A stretch of 64,000 nucleotides of DNA from Macrostomum lignano (taxonomy: Eukaryota), in NCBI GenBank assembly GCA_002269645.1, contig NIVC01003542.1:1-64000 (forward strand). Direction: 5' to 3'. The notes beneath the pieces were generated by a model, which was not told where the DNA came from, searched no databases, and worked only from the letters and a program-made list of their open reading frames with translations. Of the stretch, positions 38,830 to 49,480 are shown in pieces (position 1 is the stretch's first letter; every line of letters begins with the position of its first letter). Position numbers and translations under genes: made by a program.

Positions 38830-39097
38830 TAATAATAATAGTATGCAACCGACAGCTCAGCCGCAGCTATTGAACGGTGGCATGGAGCATCTGAAGGCTG
38901 CGTACGGCTGTTCTGTCCAAGGACTGGGGGGTCGCCACACACACCCTCAATTACCCCAGCTAATGCTGGCACCCACTTTATAGCTGGGGTGAACTGAAGC
39001 AAATGCAGAGTTAAGTGTTTTGCTCAAGGACACAGCTTGTTCCGAGTGGGTCGGGAATCGAACTTCAAACCTTTCAGTCGTGAGCCAACGCTCTAGC
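38830..39097 (-). mobile_element. tRNA-derived CORE-like SINE, copy 4
   Basis: Same family; (TAA)n tail at 38830-38840 and B box GATTCCCGACC on the minus strand. Confidence 0.85.
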
Positions 39098-40534
39098 CGT
39101 TCGGAATGAAACGAAAGTCCATGTCCTTGAGTTCGAAAATAGTAGCAAAAATGATTTACAAGCAAGGCACTGGAACCATCAAGAAGTGAGTAAATATAGA
39201 AATTGTCAATAATCCTGGCCTCTTGGCTTGAGTTCTCCTCATTTCTCCCCCCCCCCCTGAGCAACCGCGAGAAGCTGAGACCAGGAGCCGTCTTTGCTTC
39301 TTTCTTTGCACCTGCTGTGGCCCTGCATGGCGGCTCTGCAGTTCGGCCACCTGACCGCGGCTTCAATCAATCGATAACATAATTATGCTAAGTCTGCCGC
39401 CCTTCTCTCCCCCTTAGCCTCTTCCCCTTTAGCCTCAGGCTGGCTAGCTAGAGGGCGAAAATGAGTGCAGGCTGGATGGAGCCGGGAGGGCACAGCGGAC
39501 TTCCCCTTCAGCCTCCCGCCCCCCTCTCATGTTTCCAAGCCGGAGCTCACCCAAGGAGACCTATGAGAACCAGAGCGTGGAGTAACTCGCAGTTTTACAG
39601 TTTATACACAAATAACAGACAGGCTTCCGCATTCAGAAAAAACTCATAAGTTTGGTTTGTTCAAAGCTAAAAGCTATTGAACATTTTGTACCGACAAGCT
39701 CATGGACTATCGCTGGTAATTTATTCTGCTTCAAAATCGGATCAAGTACACAAAATTCGATTCTACCAAAGCCATTTAGTAGCAAAATAATGCATAATTT
39801 TGCCTGCATTTGGCTGAAACTTCTTGTCTTGGCGATGAGCTGTTACACTCCAAGTTCTGCTCACCGGCCTCCTTGCCTCACCTCAGCGAGCTGAGTTGTT
39901 GTGTGGCCGCCCCGCAGCCCAATCTACATCGTCAAAAACTTCCTCTCTCTGCGGCACTACCCCGCGCGCCCAAGCCTCAGTCCCATACCCGAGTGTTCCT
40001 GCTCCATCCTCTCACTCCGGCCTCTCTTCCTGAGCATTCGCGACTCACTGATTTTCCAAAAGCCCCCACCCACCCCACCCCCTGTCTCAATCGCTGAGCT
40101 ACAGCGACTGTAGTACATTTAAAAACTACCTACTGTAGACCGTGGCGTCCGAGTGAAGTCACACTCGGGGTCTGCACACTGGCGACTAGTCGAACGGAAA
40201 CCGACTGCAGCCCAAAGAGGCGGTCATAGCGAGTTGAAAGCGATGCATTGAGTAACTCGATTCCGCTGGCTGGGGCGGTCGATTGAAAAGCCAAAAAAAA
40301 CAGAGTCAGTTATCACCGGGACCCGTCCTTGCTAAATAATGCAGCGAGCCCTGGGGAGCAGCGTTGGCCGCAGTGCTAAATGTGTTTTTTTTTGTCCATT
40401 GTTCCGGGGCATGCCTGACTGCAAATTAGGATGACGCTTGCATTATTAAAATTTTTGTTTTAAATGAAAGCCCAGGTAGCTATAACATTTGGTTAAGAAG
40501 TACTTCACCTTGAGCATCATCCTCATCTCCCCTC

Positions 40535-42352
40535 AACAACTGTCACTCTCCTCGGTCTTTATTATTCTCCCAATCTCTCAAAACTGTCACTCTCCTCAAT
40601 CATTACCATCCTCCTAATCTGTCACAACTATCACTCTCCTCAATCATTACCATCCTCCTAATCTGTCACAACTGTCACTCTCCTCAATCATTACCATCCT
40701 CCCAATCTGTCACAACTATCACTCTCCTCAACCATCACCATCCTCCTAATCTGTCACAACTATCACTCTCCTCAATCATTACCATCCTCCCAATCTGTCA
40801 CAACTATCACTCTCCTCAACCATCACCATCCTCCTAATCTGTCACAACTATCACTCTCCTCAATCATTACCATTCTCCCAATCTGTCACAACCGTCACTC
40901 TCCTCAATCATTACCATTCTCCCAATCTGTCACAACCGTCACTCTCCTCAATCATTACCATTCTCCCAATCTGTCACAACCGTCACTCTCCTCAATCATT
41001 ACCATTCTCCCAATCTGTCACAACCGTCACTCTCCTCAATCATTACCATTCTCCCAATCTGTCACAACCGTCACTCTCCTCAATCATTACCATTCTCCCA
41101 ATCTGTCACAACCGTCACTCTCCTCAATCATTACCTTTCTCCCAATCAGTCACAACCGTCACTCTCCTCAATCATTACCATCCTCCTAATCTGTCACAAC
41201 TGTCACTCTTCCCAGTCTTTACCATTCTCACAACTGTCACTCTCCTCAGTCTTTACCATTCTCCCAATCTGTCACAACCGTCACTCTCCTCAGTCTTTAC
41301 CATTCTTCCAATCTGTCACAACTATCACTCTCCCCAGTCTTTACCAGTACCATTCTCCCAATCTGTCACAACCGTCACTCTCCTCAGTCTTTACCGTCCT
41401 CCCAATCTGTCACAACTATCACTCTCCTCAGTCTTTACCATCCTCCCAATCTGTCACAACCGTCACTCTCCTCAGTCTTTACCATCCTCCCAATCTGTCA
41501 CAACCGTCACTCTCCTCAGTCTTTACCATTCTTCCAATCTGTCACAACTATCACTCTCTCTCCAGTCTTTACCATTCTCCCAATCTGTCACAACTATCAC
41601 TCTCCTCAGTCTTTACCATCCTCCCAATCTGTCACAACTATCACTCTCCCCAGTCTTTACCATTCTCCCAATCTGTCACAACTATCACTCTCCCCAGTCT
41701 TTACCATTCTCCCAATCCGTCACAACTATCACTCTCCTCAGTCTTTACCATTCTCCTAATCTGTCACAACTATCACTCTCCTCAGTCTTTACCATTCTCC
41801 CAATCTGTCACAACCGTCACTCTCCTCAGTCTTTACCATTCTTCCAATCTGTCACAACTATCACTCTCCCCAGTCTTTACCATTCTCCCAATCTGTCACA
41901 ACTATCACTCTCCCCAGTCTTTACCATTCTCCCAATCCGTCACAACTATCACTCTCCTCAGTCTTTACCATTCTCCTAATCTGTCACAACTATCACTCTC
42001 CCCAGTCTTTACCATTCTCCCAATCTGTCACAACTATCACTCTCCCCAGTCTTTACCATTCTCCCAATCCGTCACAACTATCACTCTCCTCAGTCTTTAC
42101 CATCCTCCCAATCTGTCACAACCGTCACTCTCCCCCGTCTTTACCATTCTCCCAATCCGTCACAACTATCACTCTCCTCAGTCTTTACCATTCTCCTAAT
42201 CTGTCACAACTATCACTCTCCCCAGTCTTTACCATTCTCCCAATCTGTCACAACTATCACTCTCCCCAGTCTTTACCATTCTCCCAATCTGTCACAACTG
42301 TCACTCTCCTCAGTCATTACCATTCTCCCAATCCGTCGCAACTGTCACTCTG
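40535..42352. repeat. Minisatellite, 44-bp unit, ~1.8 kb
   Basis: CTGTCACAACTATCACTCTCCTCAGTCTTTACCATTCTCCCAAT tandem, with a gradient of variants along the array. Confidence 0.95.
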
Positions 42353-43099
42353 TGTCAGTCTTAATGTTTCCAACTCATGTCTGAAATCAATTCCCTCTCA
42401 TAAGCAAAGCCAATTAGTTAATGTCAGCTTGTACTTTGTCAACGTCAATGTCCTTCGCGGGCCATTCCATCTTCCACAAGCGCAGCGGTGCGGGCGCTCA
42501 TTATACTAGTAAAAAAACGCTGAGCAAAATCTGGCGTGGACCACCTCAGTAGGTTGAGCTCAAGTTTCAGCCGCCTCCCTGCCAGTCTAATCGATAAATC
42601 ATTGTGAACTGTCTCAGCTAGTTTGCCATTGATTCCCAGCCCTGTAGCCCCCTGCCCTCTGAATGAACTGAAATCTTCAAAGCCTGCAGAACGGATAGAG
42701 AAAAAACTGACACAAATTTAGATTCAGTCGCTCCAACTAAAATAATAAATTTTCTGGATAACTTCTGAACAAATTAGCATTTTACGAGTGGCGCCTTGGA
42801 GTCAACCGTGGAGATACCAGAGCAAGGATGGAATTCAGGCTCTCACAGGCAATAACTGATTTAGTCATGAATTGCCCAGAAATCATCAGGGTTTACGAGT
42901 CTCCTTTTCAAGTACCCGTGTGACTGGGCAAACCAGTCAACTCAACAGGTGTCAGAGCATGTAGCCCGAGCGGCCCAGATTGGGACCAGGAACAAGGCCT
43001 GGTGCTAAGACCGAGTCCACGCCACCCACCCCCCCCCCCCCCCAACGACAAAACCCGAGTGTTCGCGTGAAAAATTTTGAAAGCGGTCCGAGAGTGGGG

Positions 43100-44276
43100 A
43101 AACCCCAAAGTCTACGGGGGTTGGTTGCCTTAGACCCCAAAGTCTACGGGGGGGTTGGTTGCCTTAGACCCCAAAGTCTACGGGGGGGGGTTGGTTGCCT
43201 TAGACCCCAAAGTCTACGGGGGGGGGGGGTTGGTTGCCTTAGACCCCAAAGTCTACGGGGGGGTTGGTTGCCTTAGACCCCAAAGTCTACGGGGGGGGGG
43301 GGTTGGTTGCCTTAGACCCCAAAGTCTACGGGGGGGGGGTTGGTTGCCTTAGACCCCAAAGTCTACGGGGGGGTTGGTTGCCTTAGACCCCAAAGTCTAC
43401 GGGGGGGTTGGTTGCCTTAGACCCCAAAGTCTACGGGGGGGTTGGTTGCCTTAGACCCCAAAGTCTACGGGGGGTTGGTTGCCTTAGACCCCAAAGTCTA
43501 CGGGGGGGGGGTTGGTTGCCTTAGACCCCAAAGTCTACGGGGGGGTTGGTTGCCTTAGACCCCAAAGTCTACGGGGGGGTTGGTTGCCTTAGACCCCAAA
43601 GTCTACGGGGGGTTGGTTGCCTTAGACCCCAAAGTCTACGGGGGGGGGTTGGTTGCCTTAGACCCCAAAGTCTACGGGGGGTTGGTTGCCTTAGACCCCA
43701 AAGTCTACGGGGGGGTTGGTTGCCTTAGACCCCAAAGTCTACGGGGGGGGGTTGGTTGCCTTAGACCCCAAAGTCTACGGGGGGGTTGGTTGCCTTAGAC
43801 CCCAAAGTCTACGGGGGGGGGTTGGTTGCCTTAGACCCCAAAGTCTACGGGGGGGTTGGTTGCCTTAGACCCCAAAGTCTACGGGGGGGTTGGTTGCCTT
43901 AGACCCCAAAGTCTACGGGGGGGGGGTTGGTTGCCTTAGACCCCAAAGTCTACGGGGGGGGTTGGTTGCCTTAGACCCCAAAGTCTACGGGGGGGGGGTT
44001 GGTTGCCTTAGACCCCAAAGTCTACGGGAAGGGGTTGGTTGCCTTAGACCCCAAAGTCTACGGGGGGGGTTGGTTGCCTTAGACCCCAAAGTCTACGGGG
44101 GGGGGGGTTGGTTGCCTTAGACCCCAAAGTCTACGGGGGGGGGGTTGGTTGCCTTAGACCCCAAAGTCTACGGGGGGGTTGGTTGCCTTAGACCCCAAAG
44201 TCTACGGGGGGGGGGGGGTTGGTTGCCTTAGACCCCAAAGTCTACGGGGGGGGGGGTTGGTTGCCTTAGACCCCAA
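43100..44276. repeat. Minisatellite: constant 27-mer plus variable G-tract
   Basis: TTGGTTGCCTTAGACCCCAAAGTCTAC followed by G6-G12, x ~33. Confidence 0.95.
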
Positions 44277-44721
44277 GGTCTAAGGCACTGGTTGCAGGAC
44301 GGATGTCGCCGAAGGCGTTGGCACCAGGGCCCACAATTTTGCTGCAGTTATTATTCTTCTTCTTTTCATTACTTAAAATGTCAGAAGACGCCAAACTAAA
44401 AATTCTGTATATCAAAACAAATCTCTCACTGTCGGTACTCGAAAGCAATCGTACAAGCAACAATGAGAGGTTGGGAACTTCAATCAGCTGATTAATTCTG
44501 AAGTACACTTGTAAGATGTAAGACGAGGAAGCTGATAGTTAAACAGGAATTTTAGCAGTCGGTTTTTTTCGATGGTGCTTTTAGAAGTCAAGGACTGTGA
44601 TGCAATTTATTCATCATATTGACGGGCGCCTCAAATCCAGGGGTAATTTTTAAACTTAGCTCATTTTTTAATTCCTAAAGTAGTTCGTTGCTCCTGTCAC
44701 CCTTCTGTTCGCTGGGATACT

Positions 44722-45119
44722 CTTTGTCACTCTCCCCAGTCTTTACCATTCTCCCAATCTGTCACAACTGTCACTCTCCCCAGTCTTTACCATCCTCCCA
44801 ATCTGTCACAACCGGCACTCTCCTCAGTCTTTACCATTCTCCCAATCTGTCACAACCGGCACTCTCCTCAGTCTTTACCATTCTCCCAATCTGTCACAAC
44901 TGTCACTCTCCCCAGTCTTTACCATCCTCCCAATCTGTCACAACCGGCACTCTCCTCAGTCTTTACCATTCTCCCAATCTGTCACAACCGGCACTCTCCT
45001 CAGTCTTTACCATTCTCCTAATCTGTCACAACTGTAATTCTCTTCAGTCTTTACCATCCTCCTAATCTGTCACAACCGTCACTCTCCTAAGTCTTTACCA
45101 TTCTCCCAATCTGTCACAG
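44722..45119. repeat. Minisatellite, 44-bp unit (second array of the 40.5-42.3 kb family)
   Basis: Same unit; the last copy ends ...TTCTCCCAATCTGTCACAG. Confidence 0.93.
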
Positions 45120-45196
45120 CTCAACTCACAATTCATTTAAAAACGGCAAGATTTCGAACTTGTTGAACTTTGGATGCTCGTTAAATTCTGAGCCAG

Positions 45197-45770
45197 CATC
45201 CGTCAAGCCTTCAAAACCACAAACACCCCACTTGAACGGATCCAGCTGAACACCGACTGGACTGAGATCGAGGTCGTCGACTTGTTGAATGACGGCACGG
45301 GCCTCGGCTTCGGCATCATCGGCAGCAAGAGCACCGGGGTGGTGGTGCGCACCATCCTGCCTGGCGGCATCGCCGATCAAGACGGCCGCCTTCGCTCCGG
45401 CGACCACATTGTCTGCATCGGCGGAGTCGGCGTGCGCGGCATGAGCAGCGAGCAGGTGGCCACGGTGCTCCGGCAGAGCGGCGAACACGTCCGACTGGTT
45501 GTCGCCCGGGCGCTGCAGGACCCGGCGGACAGCGTGGCGGGACTCGAGGGCCACCCGCTCTGCCAGCTGGTGCCCACTGTCGAGCTCGACGACCACCTGG
45601 AGCAGCTGCTAGCGGCGCTTCATCCTGACGCGGAGGCTGACACTGACGCGGAAACACTGCATGCTGGTGCTACTAGTGAAGATGAGGCTGGTGCTACTGC
45701 GGAAAACGGGCAGACTGACGCGGATGCAATTTCAGATGCGAAGGTTGATCAGCCAGCTGCAGCTGAACAG
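45197..45770 (+). CDS. PATJ: PATJ/MPDZ multi-PDZ protein, exon with first visible PDZ domain (5' boundary uncertain: 45120, 45193 or 45197)
   Basis: [49 protein letters not shown]...[22 protein letters not shown] closely matches Drosophila Patj PDZ1 / MPDZ PDZ2 as recalled. Donor cag|GTAAAT. Confidence 0.9.
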
Positions 45771-45966
45771 GTAAATACTATTAGTAGGAGATTGCTTTGC
45801 ATTACCAGTAATTGAGTGGTATCTTTGTAGCTGTGCATCGAATACTCTGCTTGTCCTTTACAATTGCAACTATGCTAAGAGCTATTGCCCAATCTTATCA
45901 TTAAATACAGTATAATTTATCATCTTATCATTATCATTAAATACAGTAGGATCTTATCATTAAATA

Positions 45967-46935
45967 CTTCGGGTGTGTCATAAGTAATGTCACTGATGTG
46001 AAAACAGACGAACTTGCAATCGCAGATTAACAAAACTGTAGCAATCAACAGCATAGAGTCCCCCAATATCAATCACCCTCTGGAGGTGCTCATACAGCTT
46101 GTCCACCTCAGCCTGCAGGTGTTTTTCCTCCAACTGCCGTAACCAGTGCAACGTGGCCTGTTTGACCTCTTCATGGTTTGCAACTCTTCTTGGAAAAGTC
46201 AGCCTTCAGCCATTTGAACAGGAATCTCTTGCAAAAGTTGAAGTCCGGGCTATAGGGACTCTGTCAGAGCATATTCACTCGCCGTACAGGCAGAAAATTC
46301 GAAACAGCCTTCAGATGTGCAGCCGTGCGGTGTCCATCTGCCACAGAACTTCGTCCAGGTGACATGGATTTGACCGGAGAGTGCGCCAGAGGTCTCCAGT
46401 GTGCCGGACAAAGTCGATAAAATACTGGCCATCGACCTTGGTGTTCGGTGGAGTTGTGCAGATGGAGACTCGTTTGTTTGGCGTGAAGGCTACCAGCAGC
46501 ATGGTCTTCTTGTCCAAGATGGACTTCCTAGTCACCATCGGCCTGGAGTCCCCAGCTCCCAGCCAGCAGCGATTGTCTGCCTTGCTGCCCTTGCCATCCA
46601 GGTGGAGCCAGCTTTCATCCTCAGCAACCAGGCAGTTTAGGATGTCATTCAAGCCCCGGCTGCTAAACACCTTGCGGATCTGCTTGGTGCAGGCGTCATG
46701 TCGAGATTCATGGTGATTTTTGTTCGCTGCATGGACGGTTTTTCATCGCGTTGCACTTGCTAAATCTGCTTGGCGTATTCTTGCGATAGCTTGGGCCATA
46801 AACAACCTATGCACGTCTCAAATGCACTGCTATTGCTTCACTAAGTATACTTTGCAGCTACACTACCCACAAGTCCATGTGCCTACATATTTTAGACAGA
46901 GGCCTGCAGTGACATTACTTATGACACACCCGAAG
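45967..46935 (-). mobile_element. Internally deleted mariner-type element, 969 bp
   Basis: Perfect 29-bp TIRs CTTCGGGTGTGTCATAAGTAATGTCACTG with TA on both sides (45965-66, 46936-37). Minus-strand transposase remnant with EDESW, WQMDTARLH and QSPYSPDFNFCKRFLF. Confidence 0.92.
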
Positions 46936-46979
46936 TACAGTATAAATACAGTATTACATGTATTTATTATATATTAATA

Positions 46980-47265
46980 CGGGTTGTAGCCTAGACGGGG
47001 TTGCAGCCTAGGGGAGGTTGTAGACTAGAGGGGGTTGCAGCCTAAAGAGGGTTGCAGCCTAGAGGCAGTTGCAGCCTAGAAGCGGTTGCAGCCTAGAGGG
47101 GTTGTAGCCTAGAGGGGGTTGCAGCCTAGAGGGGTTGTAGCCTAGAGGGGGTTGCAGCCTAGAGGGGTTGTAGCCTAGAGGGGGTTGCAGCCTAGAGGGG
47201 TTGTAGCCTAGAGGGGGTTGCAGCCTAGAGGGGTTGTAGCCTAGAGGGGGTTGCAGCCTAGAGGT
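46980..47265 (+). repeat. 16/17-bp tandem array derived from the SINE 5' end
   Basis: (A)GGGGGTTGTAGCCTAG x ~17, running directly into SINE copy 5. Confidence 0.9.
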
Positions 47266-47530
47266 GGAGAACGTGGGACTCACGACTGAAAGGTCAGGGG
47301 CTCGATTCCCGACCCACTCGGAACAAACTGTGTCAATGAGCACGTCACTTAACTTTGCATTTCTCCAGTTCACCCAGCTGTAAAATGGGTGCCAGCATTA
47401 GCTGGGGTGTAATTGAGGGTGTGTGCGGCGACCCCGAACAGGGCAGCCTTCAGAGATGCGCCACCGTTCAATAGCTGCGGCTGAGCTGTCGGTTGCACCT
47501 CTGCCCATTTGGGCAGGTGTAATAAAAAAT
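47250..47530 (+). mobile_element. tRNA-derived CORE-like SINE, copy 5
   Basis: GGACTCACGACTGAAAGGTCAGGGGCTCGATTCCC head, CORE-like block and shared tail. Confidence 0.85.
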
Positions 47531-49171
47531 CGACTTCGATTCGGCAGCGATGAACCCAGTGTGCCTCCATACGTATCCGTGTGCTGCTCAGGGGCCAGCG
47601 GAATGCACTTCTTGCTGACAAGGAATTTTTATAGAACTTGTCCACTCAGAGGCAAATTTCCCAACCAAAACTTTTCTGTGGAAACAACTGTCAATTGTAG
47701 AAACAGAATTTTGGGCTGCTTTTAATTGCTTAGATTTAATCACAGAAATTGCTTTTGTCGTGCTAAGCCACAGGCATATACTTAGTAAAACAGCTTTCTA
47801 ATTTCAGTTCAGTAGCAAAGAAGAATACATAAGCTATTTTATAAAAATGAAGCCAGCTGAAACGATATTGATAAGTCAAGCAGCCCGAGCTTGCAGCCGT
47901 AAACAACTTGCTAATTGGTTCAGCAATAATGTACATTAGCCAGTCCACTGAAATGTACATGGCAGTTTTCGGCTGGAATTTTCGAGTAATTGGCAATAAA
48001 AATTGGGGCGGGGCGGAGGGGGTAGTGTGGAAAGGCGCAGTTGGAGGGTTTAAGCTGGGGGTAAGAGCCAATAAATGAGCCTTGGCTTTAAAAATACATT
48101 AAAATGCTTTTGTTTAACTTGCTACTGAACTAAAAGTAGCTTACACGCAAATGTGCTGAGTGGCCCCCATCTAGTAGTTATTCTAGTATTTGTGTGCTAA
48201 GCTAGAAAACAGATATCCAATGTCTCGTACGCAAACGAGTATCTCAAGCCTATTTTCTTCTGTACCAGTATGCTATCTCGAGACAGTTGCATTTTGGCGC
48301 TTGTGTCGATCAAATCTTTGATGAACTTTACTAGAACTTCCTTTGTCCTTTGCAGCAAGGTTTTTAAAAATCGAAACTTTATCTCCGAGATTTTCTGTTT
48401 AGACAATTCAGACAATTCAGACAATTCAGACTGGGGCAACGCTTACGGAAAATCAATAAAAACAAAATCCTGTTCAAAACATTCTGCTACTGAAGCAAGG
48501 TTTAGCCATAGACAAAACTTTCCCCAGTCTGAATTGTCTGAATTGAATTTCCGCTAGTTTTTTTAGAACTGGACTTTGATCAAAATTGAACGTGAAAAGG
48601 TGTAGTTGGTCTTTCATTCGCGTCCGATTTAGAGTTTTACCGCATAGCCAAGCAAATTATGTGTTTTCATCAAGGACCACTAGATTCTAGTGGTCCTTGG
48701 TTTTCATTTGTTCAAAGCTTTAGTCTATGGCAAAACCGACAAATTTCGCAATTTACATTGAACTCTGTAGAATTGACTTATGGTGAGTATTGTTATTAAA
48801 TTTTAAAGCGCAAAAATAAAAATTATCGAGATGCTTTCAGTTGTTACTACTTAAAATACGGTTAAAAAACAGTAGTGACATTGGAACCTTCAGTTAGTCC
48901 TTCTGTGGTGAAAGCGCTCTCTTTGACTCAGTCCCAGGTCTCGTCCCCTCTGGACAGCTGCGCCAAGAAGACCCGAGACCAGAAAGTACGAGTAGAGTGC
49001 CAACTTTTTCCCGAATGCCCGTGTTCAAGACAAGATTAGGCTGATTTTAGTTGCTGCTCTTGTTGCTATCTGTCGTATCGCAAGTGCATTTAGTATACTC
49101 TCAAGAAATCCGATAGAGCATACTATATAATAATAATTTTTTTTCGATCAGCAAAATCCTTAGTCAATTAA

Positions 49172-49480
49172 GCAGATGTGCAACCGACAGCTCAGCCGCA
49201 GCTATTGCGCGGCACATCTGAAGGCTGCGTACGGCTGTTCAGTCCAAGGACTGGGGGGTCGCCACCCGGGGAGGGGGGGTTTCACAAACTCGAAATTTCA
49301 CAACGAAATTTCATAACATCGAAAACTCAAATAGCAACCACTTTCACAAGGTCGAAGCTTCACAAGGTCGAAACTTCACAAGGTCGAAACTTCACAGCGT
49401 AGAAAACTACTGCATGGTTCTTGTTATATTAAGTTTTCGGTGTTGTGAAATTTCGACCTTGTGAAAGCACACCCTCAAGG
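49172..49480 (-). mobile_element. SINE copy 6 (3' part only), interrupted by a MITE
   Basis: Tail sequence AGATGTGCAACCGACAGCTCAGCC...GTCGCCAC, resuming as ACACCCTCAA after the insertion. CORE and tRNA region are missing. Confidence 0.8.
49278..49468. mobile_element. ~190-bp MITE with internal 14-bp repeats
   Basis: TIRs GGTTTCACAAACTCGAAATTTCACAAC vs reverse complement GCTTTCACAAGGTCGAAATTTCACAAC; internal CACAAGGTCGAAACTT-type repeats. Confidence 0.7.

Noticed and set aside
43100-44276. CRISPR-like array (constant repeat with variable inserts)
   Set aside because: The variable part is only a G homopolymer, not unique spacers. There are no cas genes and the context is eukaryotic. The same applies to all other arrays.
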